Shown here in pieces: positions 12,821 through 25,088 of a stretch of DNA of 64,000 nt. Positions within the stretch are counted from its first letter, which is position 1; every line of letters begins with the position of its first letter. The stretch spans positions 88,564,233 to 88,628,232 of the forward strand of contig NC_057718.1 of the NCBI RefSeq assembly GCF_004010195.1, written 5' to 3'. The DNA is from Chiloscyllium plagiosum (taxonomy: Eukaryota). Position numbers and translations under genes: made by a program. The notes beneath the pieces were generated by a model, which did not search any database, had not been told where the DNA came from, and saw only the letters and a program-made list of their open reading frames with translations.

Positions 12821-14040
12821 CTGAGTGCCCCTATGAAATGCTAGCCCAGCAAGGCAACTTGAAGGCTGCTAACTTTCAGCAGAGGGCACTGCAGATGGCT
12901 TCACAGGATGACCTTGAGCAGTCCTAGCCATGGAGATCCTGGTGTTGAAGTGCACCACAGGGATGTCTAGTGAAAGTTTTCAGCTCTGCCTCTCCTCAGC
13001 AGACTTTGGCATCGTGGAACTTGAACCACAAGCTAGTAGGCCGGTTCTCTAGCGCAGTTATACAGAGACCAGGGAAAGTTATTAGCTTTTAACCCCTTTG
13101 TCTCATATATTCCTGTCTTTCTCCCCAACTTACCTTTCCTTCAAATCCATAAGACCATAAGATAGAGAGCAGAGTTAGGCCATTCAGCCCACTGAGTCTG
13201 CTCCAACATGTGATCGTGGCTGATATGTTTCTGAACCCCATTCTCTGGCCTTCTCCCTGTAACCTTTAATCCCCTTACCAATTAAAACCTATCTATCTCT
13301 GTCTTAAATACACTGAAATGATTTGGCCTTGATAATAATTCCATAATGTTAATATATCACCTAAAAAACAACTTCTGCAAATTTAAAATGTATTGTTATT
13401 ATTGTTATTTTTCAAAAGTATGCATTATCTTCCAAAGGTGACCAGCTGTCCGAAATTCCAGTTGTGAGAGAATTCAAGTTGGTAGAGTGCTGGATAATAC
13501 AACGTTAACTGTAGAATTAAAAATGAAAATATTGAGCATTTCTTAAGGCATCACTGTACAGACAACACAGGGCTGCTCAGAAGGAAACTAAAGTATACAA
13601 TAGAGCTGTCTAACAGAAGTTGCTGACCAGCCAAACACGTGACGATGCTGATGCTGATTTGGCAATACTTTTAGCAGGAAATCCCTGGGACATACTCATA
13701 ATGTGGATTAAAGTGGTATATGTTTGTATATTTGCTTCACAAACATCTGCCACTATTCAGTAGCCAAGGAAGTAAAATACTCACAAAAGGTCAAATAACA
13801 CTGAAAGCTTTGACTTTTTCCTTCCCATTTCACCAACAGATGGACCAAAGGTTAAAATTCACATGATCTGCAAAAGAATCAGATCCAATACCGTCGATTA
13901 CTCATCATGCCCTCAGCTGTGCCCTGAAGGGCCTGTTTTCTTAGGCTGAAGAGTCTGTTTCCACACTGTAGGGATTCTATGATTCATGAACTACAGGACA
14001 TAGTTACAGACTAAGGGATATTGGTTTAAAGAAGAAAAAA

Positions 14041-14362
14041 GTGGGTGGCACTACTACCTCACAGCACCAGGGATCCATGTTCGATTCCATCCTTGGGCCA
14101 CTGTCTGTGTGGAGTTTGCACATTCTCCCTGTGTCTGTGTGGGTTTCCTCCCCCAGTCCAAAGATGTGCAGGTTAGGTGGATTGGCTATGCTAAATTGCC
14201 CATAGTTTTCAGGAGTGTGTAGGTTAGGTGCATTAGTCAGGAGTAAATATAGGGTAGGGAGAATGGGTGTGGGTGGGTTACTCTTAGGAGGGTCGCTGTG
14301 GACTTGTTGGGCCGAAGGGCCTGTTTCCACTCTGTAGGGATTCTATGATGATTCTAATCTAA
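14041..14362 (+). mobile_element. HE1-like SINE
   Basis: Same body and tail as 12407-12750. Confidence 0.85.
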
Positions 14363-15307
14363 TTTTAAATGCAATTAGCTACATCTGGATTCCCAATAAA
14401 TCATATGTACTTATAATTGAACAATACTGGCCTAGCAAGCCTATTCTGCTGCCATTCAATAAGATTGTGTCTGATCTCTAACCTAACTCTATATACAGTA
14501 TATGCCCTTCCCTATATCCCTTAGTATCTACAGTTAACAAAATTTTATTAATCTCAGATTTAAAATGAGCAATTAGTTTAGCATCTGTTTGCTGCTTACG
14601 GATGAGAGCTCCAAACATTTTCCACCTTTTGTGTGTTGGACTGTTTCCTAATTTTGCTGCCAAGTGGTGTGGCTCCAATGTTTAGATTATGATCTTTATT
14701 CCTGGAGCTGGATTTAGTGGAGTCCACTAAAGTAGGCTTGATGACATGGGGGCCTGGGAGAAGCAGTTGGCAATGCCTGCATTGATTCCTGATGTTGGGA
14801 AAAGTGCCCCCAATTAAATCGGGTGTAGGCAGGGTAGGATGCAGGAACCCCACCTGCCAACAGTAAGAAGACAGGTAGGTTCATTAATAAATGGCTTAAA
14901 ACCCAATTATCCTTGAGTCGAGTGGAATTTAATGGTGGATCAGAGATCAACTGGGCTCACACAGGTTTCCATGAAATTCTAGTAGGTTGGTCTATAGCCT
15001 TGTCAGTTGACCCCCTATTGATTGGCAATCAATGTCCTGGCGTTGCAAAGTGAGGGTTGAAATGAAAAACACCCCTTAGCCTCCAGACCCTATTTTTCTC
15101 TCTCTGACAGATCCTTGCTTGTGACCTATATCCTATCCTGTATTCCAGATCCAAAGTCAATCCTGGTGATTGGACCTCAGGGGCTTAGCAACCACAGCTT
15201 CCTGCAATGGAGAACTGCTGGCTTCTGGTTGGCGGGCAGCTTTAAGGGTGGGGTTTCTGCCCCACTAGGGTCTAAATTACATGGGAGTCCCAGTGTGGGC
15301 CTGCCAT

Positions 15308-15610
15308 GGGCGACTCAGTGGTTAGCACTGCTGCCTCACAGCACCAGGGTCCCAGATTCGATTCCAGTCTCAGGCGACTGTCTGTGTGGAGTTTGCACGT
15401 TCTTCCTGTGTCTGCGTGGGTTTCCTCCGGGTGCTCCGGTTTCCTCCCACAGTCCAAAGATGTGCAGGTCAGGTGAATTGGCCATGCTAAATTGCCCACA
15501 GTGTTAGGTGCATTAGTCTAGGGAGATGGGTTTGGGTGAGTTACTCTTCTGAAGGTTGGTGTGGACTGGTTGGGCTGAAGGGCCTGTTTCCACACTGTAA
15601 GTAATCTAAT
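15308..15610 (+). mobile_element. HE1-like SINE
   Basis: Same body and tail as 12407-12750. Confidence 0.85.
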
Positions 15611-18600
15611 ATAAGTGCCTGATTGAGAGTTATTTATATCAGGCTGTCCTGCTCCATGGAAGTGGCATGGAATTCCACCAGTTTTTCGACCTCCAACCTA
15701 ACCTGGTTTATGAACCAAAGTCTCTCATCCTCCCAAATAGCAGAGAAAGTTTTCCTCCTGCTACTCTATCCATTTGCTCAATAAATGGCCAATCTCTATT
15801 CAAAATTTGACTCTTGAAGTTCATATATCATTCTGGCAAATTTATGTTGCGTTTTTTTCAAATATCTCCTTCCTAAACTGTGGTGCCCAGAACTGCTCAC
15901 AGTAATCTCTGTGTGCGTTTTAACCAGGGCTTTGTACTCGAGCTATGGCATTACCCCTTGTATTCTAATCATCTGGATTGAAGGAGCAGCATTCCATTAG
16001 CCTTTTGGATGATTTTCATGTCAATTTAATGATCTAGCATAGTCAAGTCTCTGTGAATCTCTATTGTTTTAGCTTTCTACTATTTAAGTACTTTCACTAT
16101 ATCAGATTGTAAAAAAAAGGTCTATCTTAATAAACATAATTATCCCACTATCATCCAAACTAAACCTGTTCAATAAAAATGCAATATTTGGGTAACATAC
16201 ACAGCTAACTATATAGAATACAGAATTATAAATGTATATCCCTGTAAAGATTTCTAAAATATGCAAATATACACACACTTCTCTGCAGAAATTGGCTTTC
16301 TGAAAATTAAATAGCCAATGGCTTATTGTTATAGGCAAAAAAAAGGCATAGGAAGTTCTGGCATATGTGGTCAAGCTACTAATGATTTGTTATGGTGATC
16401 ATAGTTGTCTCTGAAGTCTGGCGGGCTCAGGAAATGAAATTGTGAGATGTTCTTTCAATCACTCTTTCAAAAGAACAAATAGGGTTACTTTTCAGAAATG
16501 GGCAAGATCAAATGGGCAATGTGTTCACAACAAGCTTCCTTCCAACTTAGCTTTTTCTTAGCAAGCTTCCCTCCAACTGAACCAGATAAAACAGGAATCT
16601 CTCCAAACCTGTCACAGCCCCAGCAGGGTCTAAAGCAAAGCAAGTAGCCATTGTGAATCATGTGATTTCTAAGAAGACGTGTTAAAAAAAAAAGTCCAAT
16701 GTCCTCAGTTAACTTCAATAATGCCTTTAAAGCAATCACTCAAGTTACATCCACAAGACTCAAAATAAATTGTTTTTTCCACAATGCTTCAAAACCTGAG
16801 TCCTCCAAAAATGTTAAATAGAAAGAATTTTAATAATACAATCTGTACTGCTAAATAATGTTTCCGATCTCTGTGTTATTGACAATATGTGTCTAAATAT
16901 GTATATATACACACATATAGATCCCAGTACGAAGCTGTTATCAAATTTAGTGAACAGTTGAGGCCCGGCACAGATCCATCTGGCACCAGTACTCACATCC
17001 TGTTAAATAGAGTAGCTCTCCATTACGCCTTGTTTCTATCTCCTAGCATTCAACCAATTTTCTAATCAGATCAATAATTCATCTGCAATTCAATGAGCTT
17101 CAACTTTAGCAAAGTTTCTCAACAGAAACCTTAGCAAGTGTCTTCTGGAAGTCAGAACATTGAAATTCACTGCCCACTACTTTAACCATCTGTTCTACAA
17201 AGTTCAATGAGGTTCATCAAACATGACTAACCTTTATGAAAACAAAGTTTCATTAGCATGTCTGGGTGCTTACAGTTCTTCATAAACTTTAGTTAGGCTC
17301 CGTGCTTGCCTTGCATATCATAGTGACTGAAGGAGAAACCAAAGCCTGAGCTTTGAGCTACTAAATTGGTTCTACATTGGACGTGCAACCTATCTACTGG
17401 CCCACTGAAATAATTATGAGAAAGGACCAACATTTCATAATTTATTTGCAAAAAAACCTCAGCTCCCCAATTAAGGGAGGTTATTCTGAACAAGGTCAGG
17501 AAAGATATCTCAAACAGTGGTAGGCAGGTGTTCTAAATGGCAAGCTGCTTTCCTGGATCCCAAGTGACCCATTCCTGGCAATTGAATTACAGTGTAGATT
17601 CCAACTTTCCAGATTTTCTGCACACCTTTCTAAAATATGCTGTACTTATACATGTTATGAGATCTTGCCTGCAAACTCTGCCACTTCATTCAATGTGCAT
17701 AGGGATGATCCCTGGTGAGATCCTTCTCAGTTAATCTGCAGCTCATAAAATTATAGTCAGACTGTTTTCACACCTGCATTAGTACTAACATTGACTGATT
17801 GTCCATTTAGTTTAGGGCCACACTATAATTATGCTGCTAATGACAAGGGAGGATTGAGGGTGGAATGACATTAGTCATTGGGATAGTAGAAGGTGTGGCC
17901 AGACATGCCATTCAAAATTTTGGACTTATGAGAGATAATGAGGCATGCTGGGAAATCGAAACAAGTCTTGACCAAAAGTGACTGTGGTCAAAGACTCTGG
18001 AACAAACAAGCTGCAGCTAAGACGCACAGTATACAACTGATCCAGCAGCTGCAGACAATACAATATACACTTGAATTGGAATTGAATGGTATTACCCTGA
18101 ATGCAATCCTCAGGACAATCGGAACATCGAGCTTTTTAAAAATTAATATTTTTATTGAAAAGCAAGGTTTTTATAAAATTACAAAAAAAATTACAACACC
18201 AACAAACCAACAAGAGAAAAATATTACTCTATATGTATATAAAAGTAAAAGAGAAAAAACCCACACAAACAAAACACAACTACACTCATGTGCAAAATAG
18301 GCAGATCATTAAAGGTAATAAATAAATAAAACGGCTCAGCACAACAAACATTAGCTCTCGACCTCCGACAGTCCTAACTATTACACATAAATGTATTTGA
18401 AATTCTTCCTTCAAGGGCATCAAGTACACTAAATCAGATCATCATGGTTACACAAAAGGAGACAGTGAGGACTGCAGATGTTGGAGATCAGAGCTGAAAA
18501 ATGTGTTGCTGGAAAAGTGCAGCAGGTCAGGCAGCATCATCCATTTTACTAACACCCTCCACCCCCACCTCAAATTTACCTGGACCGTCTCAGACTGCTC

Positions 18601-19075
18601 CCTCCCCTTCCTAGACCTCTCCATTTCAATCTCGGATGACCGACTCAACATGGACGTTTACTATAAACCGACTGACTCCCACAGCTACCTAGATTACACC
18701 TCTTCCCACCCTGCCCCCTGTAAAAACGCCATCCCATATTCCCAATTCCTTCGCGTCTGCCGCATCTGCTCCCAGGAGGACCAATTCCAATACCGAACAA
18801 CCCAGATGGCCTCCTTCTTCAAAGACCGCAATTTCCCCTCAAACGTGGTTGACGATGCTCTCCACTGCATCTCCTCCACTTCCCGCTCCTCTGCCCTTGA
18901 ACCCCGCCCCTCCAATCGCCACCAGGACAGAACCCCACTGGTCCTCACCTACCACCCCACTAACCTCCAAATACATCGTATCATCCTGCGTCATTTCCGC
19001 CACCTCCAAACAGACCCCACTACCAAGGATATATTTCCCTCCCCTCCCCTATTAGCGTTCCGGAAAGACCACTCT

Positions 19076-19476
19076 NNNNNNNNNNNNNNNNNNNNNNNNN
19101 NNNNNNNNNNNNNNNNNNNNNNNNNNNNNNNNNNNNNNNNNNNNNNNNNNNNNNNNNNNNNNNNNNNNNNNNNNNNNNNNNNNNNNNNNNNNNNNNNNNN
19201 NNNNNNNNNNNNNNNNNNNNNNNNNNNNNNNNNNNNNNNNNNNNNNNNNNNNNNNNNNNNNNNNNNNNNNNNNNNNNNNNNNNNNNNNNNNNNNNNNNNN
19301 NNNNNNNNNNNNNNNNNNNNNNNNNNNNNNNNNNNNNNNNNNNNNNNNNNNNNNNNNNNNNNNNNNNNNNNNNNNNNNNNNNNNNNNNNNNNNNNNNNNN
19401 NNNNNNNNNNNNNNNNNNNNNNNNNNNNNNNNNNNNNNNNNNNNNNNNNNNNNNNNNNNNNNNNNNNNNNNNNNNN
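19076..19476. other. Assembly gap (401 N)
   Basis: Run of n bases. Confidence 1.
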
Positions 19477-19570
19477 CCTTAACCTCCTTCCACCTATCGC
19501 ATTCCCAACGCCCCTCACCCAAGTCCCTCCTCCCTATCTTTTATCTTAGCCTGCTTGGCACACCCTCCTC

Positions 19571-19606
19571 ATTCCTGAAGAAGGGCTTATGCCTGAAACG
19601 TCGATT
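19571..19606 (+). ncRNA. Minimal type-I hammerhead ribozyme motif (Penelope tail)
   Basis: attc-CTGAAGA-a-gggc-ttat-gcct-GAAA-cg-TC-gatt. Confidence 0.55.
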
Positions 19607-21037
19607 CTTCTGCTCATTTGATGCTGCCTGACCTGCTGCGCTTTTCTAGCAACACATTTTTCAGCTCATGGCTACACAAAAGCCCTAGTTTAAATGGCAG
19701 ATAAATCTACATCTAAATAGTCCAGAAAGGGCTGCCGTATCCTATAAAAATTTTCAGTTTTCCGGTGTACCATATTCATAAAATGTCCAGATGAATATGT
19801 TCCATGATAAGCCTATGCCAATCCGACAAACCCAGGGTGGTTTCAGAGGTCCAACACATTAGGATAATTTTCCTTGCACAGAAAGCAAGAACATTAATTT
19901 TTTTCCCATGAGGCCCAGAGAGGATATATTGGATAGACCAAGGATAAGAGAGATAGGGTCCACCTTAACATCAGCCCCCCCAAACCCTCTCTATAACTCC
20001 TGCCGTAGCACTCCAGTAAATACAGAGCCTGCAGCAAGTCCATAAACAGTGAGAGCGCCAATGCTTGTTTTACACTTAGGGCATAATCAAGATACTCCCA
20101 TCTTAAATTCTGAGAGACAGTCTGGGGCCAGATGGACCCTCTGCCAAATCTTTAGCTGCATGGCATGGGTCCTATTACAGATTAAAATCTTCCTCGCATT
20201 TTCGCAAATGGCCCCCCATGTCTCCATAGAGATCTCAACCCCAATTCTCTCTCCCAGACCCCACAAAGCCGCTCAATGTCTTCTGAAAGATCACCCCCTA
20301 ACATCTGATAAAGAGTGCTAATAGAGAGGGTACTCTTAGCATGAAGCATCCTTTTCTCCATAACAGATCTGCAGGGGTTGGTCAAAAGTGTGGTTCCTTT
20401 TTGAATAAACTCCCTGACCTGAAAAAAGCAAAAAAAAGTCTCTGTCAGTTAAACCATATTTATGGATTATTTGGTTAAGGACATCATTTTTCACCTTCAA
20501 ATAAGTCGTCCAAACAGGAGATTCCCCTAGTTGCCCACTGGGGTCCACTATCCCTGGTTGATAACCTGGCAAATCAGCTATAGGGGTAAGAAAGGACGTT
20601 TTGGATGTATTAGCCTTCCTCTGCCGCATTGTCCTCCGTGCCTTAACAGTATTGATAATTACCAGATTACAACAATATTCTGTGACCATCTTCAATTTAT
20701 CTAAAAACAGCAGATAATGAGGGGACATTTTGTCTGGGAGGCCTCAGTATCCAGCCACATTGACGCCAGGTCTTTACAAGCCCAGTCACTAACAAAAGAT
20801 AGAAGGGAACTTGATTGGTATCTTCTAATACCTGGAAAATCCACTCTGCTCGCCCCCCCCCGAGGCAACTACAATTTAGACAGCTTGAAAGGGGGTTGCC
20901 TGCAGCATCAAATAAAGGAGCTAAACCATCCATTAAGTCTCTGGAATGTTTGCCTAGGAGAAATTAAGGGCAGCCTTCTACAGGATATAACAAACGGGGG
21001 AGAATATTTAAGTTGTTTACCAGACACGGGGGTAAGT

Positions 21038-21313
21038 AGGAGAAAGTGATGACTGCAGATGCTGGAGATCGGAGCTGAAAAATGTGTTGCTGGAAAAGCG
21101 CAGCAGGTCAGGCAGCATCCAAGGAGCAGGAGAATCGACATTTTGGGCATAAGCCCTTCTTCAGGAATGAGGTCGGTGTGCCAAGCAGGCTAAGATAAAA
21201 GGTAGGGAGGAGGGATTTGGGGGAGGAGCATTGGGAATGCGATAAGTGGAAGGAGATTAAGGTGAGGGTGATAGGCCAGAGAGGGGGTGGGGCGGAGAGG
21301 TCGGGAAGAAGAT
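21038..21313 (-). mobile_element. Penelope tail fragment (hammerhead core mutated)
   Basis: Reverse of the 55370-55629 tail; GAAA changed to AAAA. Confidence 0.85.
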
Positions 21314-21329
21314 ATAACATCAGAAAATG

Positions 21330-21651
21330 CTTCCTTTCTGAACCTCCAACCAGGGTCAGGTGTGGAGGAATGAAGGGAGAGGGGGGTTCTCTTATCAAAG
21401 GAGCCCAGTTCCACCTTCCACAACCACAGGTAGAGATAGAGGGACACAGCAGGAGAACATGCGGCAGCCAGCGCGGTGCTAACACTGAGTGCACAGGACA
21501 CTACGTGCAAGAATGTAGACCCCATGCGCGGCCGCATTCACAGCCACAGGGACCACCAACTGCAGCTTCAACGCCCAAGGGACCCCCAGACGATCTAACT
21601 GACTTAACAGACGACTCTCTTAACAGATTGGAACAACTCGCTAATGACTGA
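21330..21651 (+). pseudogene. gag: gag C-terminus remnant with a CCHC zinc knuckle
   Basis: tgc taa cac tga gtg cac a gga cac tac gtg caa gaa tgt reconstructs, with a small indel, to C-x2-C-x4-H-x4-C (..TGHYVQEC); Pro-rich tail, stop at 21649-21651. Confidence 0.5.
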
Positions 21652-22184
21652 CAGCAAGGATATGTTACACAACAGGCTAGACATGACAGAACTCCTTGAT
21701 AATTCCCTGATATACAAAGAAATTGAAAGACCCCAACTCATTGTAACTCAGACCCCAGATGGCAGATCCACAACATGAATACATGATAGTACTAAAAGGG
21801 AAAAGCAGACTGAACCAGAGTGTCAAATGATAACACCCAACATTCAGGGAATCACCACTTGAGGGAATGACAGGACATGGACATGGGAACTGGGTGGATA
21901 CATCTTGCCAAGCCCCCAGAGACTGAGGATTCATGACAGACTGATGAGTCTCAGTTGGGTGCCAATTTAATGAATGCACTAAACCATGAATCCTGACAGT
22001 CTCTCAAGGTGAGGTGCGACTGTTTCTGATGGTCAAAACTCAAGTGCATTTTCACACATTTCTATACTCCCATTGGGACCACCTGTTATTCCTGTATGCA
22101 CTGATGGGATTGGCCAGGTTACAACTCTTCAGTTGTCCCAGCGTTGTTCATCGGATATAATCTCCATATCGGAATCTGGCCCAT

Positions 22185-22272
22185 GGTCACAATGACCGTC
22201 CCATCTTCACGTTTCATTTGTAGGTCACAATGACCGCTTTGTCTTACATTTAATTCGTTGGTCATAATGACT
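22185..22272. promoter_or_regulatory. Three tandem ERE-type palindromes (GGTCAnnnTGACC)
   Basis: GGTCAcaaTGACC 22185-22197, aGGTCAcaaTGACC 22222-22235, GGTCAtaaTGACT 22260-22272; 38/37-bp period. Confidence 0.6.
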
Positions 22273-22484
22273 GCCTCATTTCAGCCTTTTTCGATTGCTG
22301 CATGGTGAGGCCATTTAAACCCATGAACTCCTACCATGAAACCCGAGGCCATGTTGATTGGAAACCAAGGTTAGAACTTACCAGGCATCTCATTCCGATT
22401 AACATTCAATAACAAAAAAAAAGTGGGGGAGGGTGAGGGTATTTGCATTAAACCTGGTGTAAACTATTCAGATATTAGACAAGA

Positions 22485-22639
22485 GTCTGGATGTAGGTTT
22501 GCTTGCTGAGCTGCAAGGTTCATTTTCAGACGTTTCGTCACCATACTAGGTAACATCTTCGGTGAGCCTTCGGACGAAGCAATGCTGGTGTTTACTGCTT
22601 TCTATTTATATGTTTGGGTTTCCTTGGGTAAGGTGTTTC
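22485..22639 (-). mobile_element. Second-family Penelope tail fragment with a hammerhead-like motif
   Basis: 11-bp TSD attagacaaga (22474-22484, 22640-22650); homologous to the termini of 33068-33665. Confidence 0.8.
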
Positions 22640-23731
22640 ATTAGACAAGAATAACAACAGAAACAACCTTGATCTCTCCCCAGGACAACCATAACTACAC
22701 AAGAACATAATCAAGATCTACTTCATTGAGATTATCACCATCACTAGAAACAACACACAAGAAATACCAAACCGACCGGGATATATGTACCCAGGGTCCT
22801 TATGTTTTGGCCCACTGGATGCTGGAAAACATGAGGATGGTGTGTTCTGGGTACACCCCAATAATAGTACAATGTTCAGATGAAACAACCAGCAGGCAGT
22901 ATATAAGAAAACAAAGGGGAGCTCAGATGATTGGTACCTGAGTGTAGAAATCACTGGTGATTGATGGGAATTCTCAAACAATGGATGCCCTGAGATAAGA
23001 TGCTTAGCAAGCAGCTCAGAAAAGGGATTAGAACTCGAGCACCAGTGCCCCGGGAAACTCATAGAGAGGGAGTTACATTAAAGTTACAACTTGATGCAAG
23101 GATTTTTGGTACCGGTGCTCCAACATATAAATTAATTCCTTGGTCCGCCTTGTGTCACATGTGTCTGCGTTGTTAATCCTGGTTACCCTGGTACTCTGCA
23201 CCACCCTCACTGGTAAAGAGAACCATCGCAAAGGCTGAACCTCTAGAGACTTCACTCAATTCACGGTCTCCACGAGCTTATTAAAAGCTATAGCAACATA
23301 GTAAGTATTTGTCTAGCCGAGTAAATATTCATTTATCCTCTTGTTTGTATAAAACGTCCTCCGGATTATTGGTTCATTTGTACACAGCAACACTTGCTTG
23401 ATCACTGTTCACTCCAGTTTATAACATTTGCTCGATTATTTTTGTTTATGAATTCTTTTTTTCTTCACCAATGTCTCATTTAGTTCTAATCTACCATGTT
23501 TGTTTGATTAACCATTAAGTCCAAATTTTAATATTCCATTTAGATATAGTTTGATGATATTTGCTTGATTTTAGTTAGGTGTGATTTTCCAGTATGCTAT
23601 CTGTAAGAGTTCAGCTGTTTAAGTATGTGTTCTGCTTTTCTTAGACCTGCATGATCATGTAGTCACACACAGGAATTGGTCAATGATCATGTGATCCATT
23701 ATGTTTCATGTTCAGGATCAAGAGGAGGGAC

Positions 23732-24848
23732 TGTGGCTGGACGGGCTTCTCAAAATGATGGACTAATGAAAAATGGTCAATAAATGAGGCATGCTGGGAA
23801 ATTGAGACAAGCCTTGACTAAAAGTGATTGTGCTCAAAGATTCTGGAATAAACAAGCTGCAGAATGCAGACAGGGAACATCTCCGGGACAACCGCACCAA
23901 TCAACCACACCGCCCCGTGGCCCAATATTTCAACTCCCCCTCCCACTCTGCCGAGGACATGGAGGTCCTGGGCCCTTCATCCCCTCCCCCACTCACCCAT
24001 TGTACTCTATGCTACTTTCTCCTCTAGCTTATCTCTCCACGTTTCAGGTTCTCTGCCTTTATTCCTGATGAAGGGCTTTTGCCCAAAATGTCGATTTCGA
24101 AGCTCCTTGGATGCTGCCTGAACTGCTGTGCTCTTCCAGCACCACTAATCCAGAATCTGGTTTCCAGCATCTGCAGTCATTGTTTTTACCAGGCTGCAGC
24201 TACAGACAGACTGTATACAAATTAACCAGCAGCTGCAGGCAATACAATATATATTTGAATTGGAATTGAATGGAATTGACCTGAATGCAATCCCCAGGAC
24301 AATTGGAAACATTACCAGATACATGAGTACCTCACACCCTTATTTGGAGAGGGCTACCTAAGCTACGTGCTCCCAACACCTCCAGGAATTGATACCCAAG
24401 AACCGCCTGCCATTGATATGTCAATGCCTGGTTGGGCCCAATTGATCAAGGTGATCGAGCCCTGATCAATCTATTGGTGGATATCGAAGAGGGCGCGAAG
24501 ATTTCTAAGTATAACAATTGCCGCAACACCACCCTCAGCATGGTAACTCAAGACCAACCATCAAGAAGGGAAGACACTCCTTGGACCATTGGGAGAAGAC
24601 CACTGGTCATCGCCACGTGGATCAGGGTCAAGATGTAGTGTAGTGGGATATGATCATCCAGAATTAAGTTAAAGCACAGGATAGTTGATTAGATTTATAG
24701 TGTACATTTTTATTTTCTAGTGTATTCTGTTATTATAATACTAACTGTGTTAAATAAATATATATTATTGTTTATCATTATTAAGAGTCGACTCACAGTT
24801 TTGTTGCTAGATATCAGAGTTAAAGCACACTGTGCGGCAGGTGCAACA
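23732..24848 (+). mobile_element. 3' LTR (about 800 bp once the Penelope insert at ~23875-24189 is removed)
   Basis: PPT aagaggaggga immediately upstream; TGTGGC...GCAACA imperfect inverted termini; AATAAA ~24753; collinear with 53646-54450. Confidence 0.8.
23875..24189 (+). mobile_element. Internally deleted Penelope fragment
   Basis: REHLRD..TNQPHRPVAQYFNSPSHSAEDMEVLG followed by the tail; absent from the LTR copy at 53646. Confidence 0.85.
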
Positions 24849-24918
24849 AAAGCTAGAGTGTTAATACAGGTGTGAAAATTATGATGGGCTTTGATAGAGT
24901 GGGACTGTGGGGCGCAGG

Positions 24919-25030
24919 TGCTTGTGGCACAGTGGTATTGTCCCTACTTTCGATCCGGGCGGCCCAGGTTCAAGTCCCAACTACTTGAGCGATGTGTAAC
25001 AATATCGCTGAGCAGGTTGATTAAAAATTA
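24919..25030 (+). mobile_element. Short tRNA-derived SINE
   Basis: tggcacagtgg A box and ggttcaagtcc B box; related head-to-tail pair on the minus strand at ~57965-58197. Confidence 0.5.
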
Positions 25031-25088
25031 TCTAGCGTAGAGGGTAAGAGATTGTTTCCACTGGCAAAAGTGTTAATAATCAGAAAGC

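Larger units (their letters stand above)
18457..19667 (+). mobile_element. Penelope-like element with an inverted 5' tail copy, RT C-terminus and 3' tail
   Basis: ORF HFTNTLHPHLKFTW..LPFLDL..DVYYKPTDSHSYLDYTSSHP..KNAIPYSQFLR; direct repeat tcatgg(t/c)tacacaaaag at 18442-18458 / 19666-19682. Confidence 0.9.
18138..21009 (-). mobile_element. L1-clade LINE, 3' part, inserted in the 5' LTR
   Basis: Minus strand shows L1 ORF2 C-terminal features (LGVEIS.ETW, LFLDKL, WIFQVLEDTNQVPFYL) similar to the L1 at 25509-30019; its A/T-rich 3' end abuts 18138. Confidence 0.75.
17894..24848 (+). mobile_element. Decayed LTR retroelement/ERV-like provirus, apparently pol-less, fragmented by nested insertions
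   Basis: 5' LTR starts TGTGGC at 17894, breaks at ~18137 and resumes at 21010-21037 (gtttaccagacacggggg, as in the 53646 copy). Gag CCHC remnant 21477-21516, PPT 23720-23730, 3' LTR 23732-24848 ending GCAACA. Flanks aagg/aaag lie within one CR1 relic. Confidence 0.7.

Noticed and set aside
18503..19549. 348-aa ORF as an intact gene
   Set aside because: Its length comes from the N gap; the real part is Penelope RT.
22185..22290. CRISPR-like look of palindromic repeats with ~25-bp spacers
   Set aside because: Vertebrate DNA, repeats only 13 bp, spacers resemble each other, no cas genes.
22414..22435. Purine tract aaaaaaaaagtgggggaggg followed by TG as the 3' LTR start
   Set aside because: Homology among the three LTR copies begins at TGTGGC (23732), not here; at most an internal PPT-like tract.
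23784..24420. LTR ORF as hepadnavirus core or arenavirus nucleoprotein (LRQAL, LNGIDL resemblance)
   Set aside because: Only 4-5 residue matches with no extended alignment; the context is an LTR.
17894..24848. Classification as an endogenous foamy virus
   Set aside because: A CCHC-knuckle remnant is present, which canonical foamy Gag lacks, and there is no pol to classify the element.
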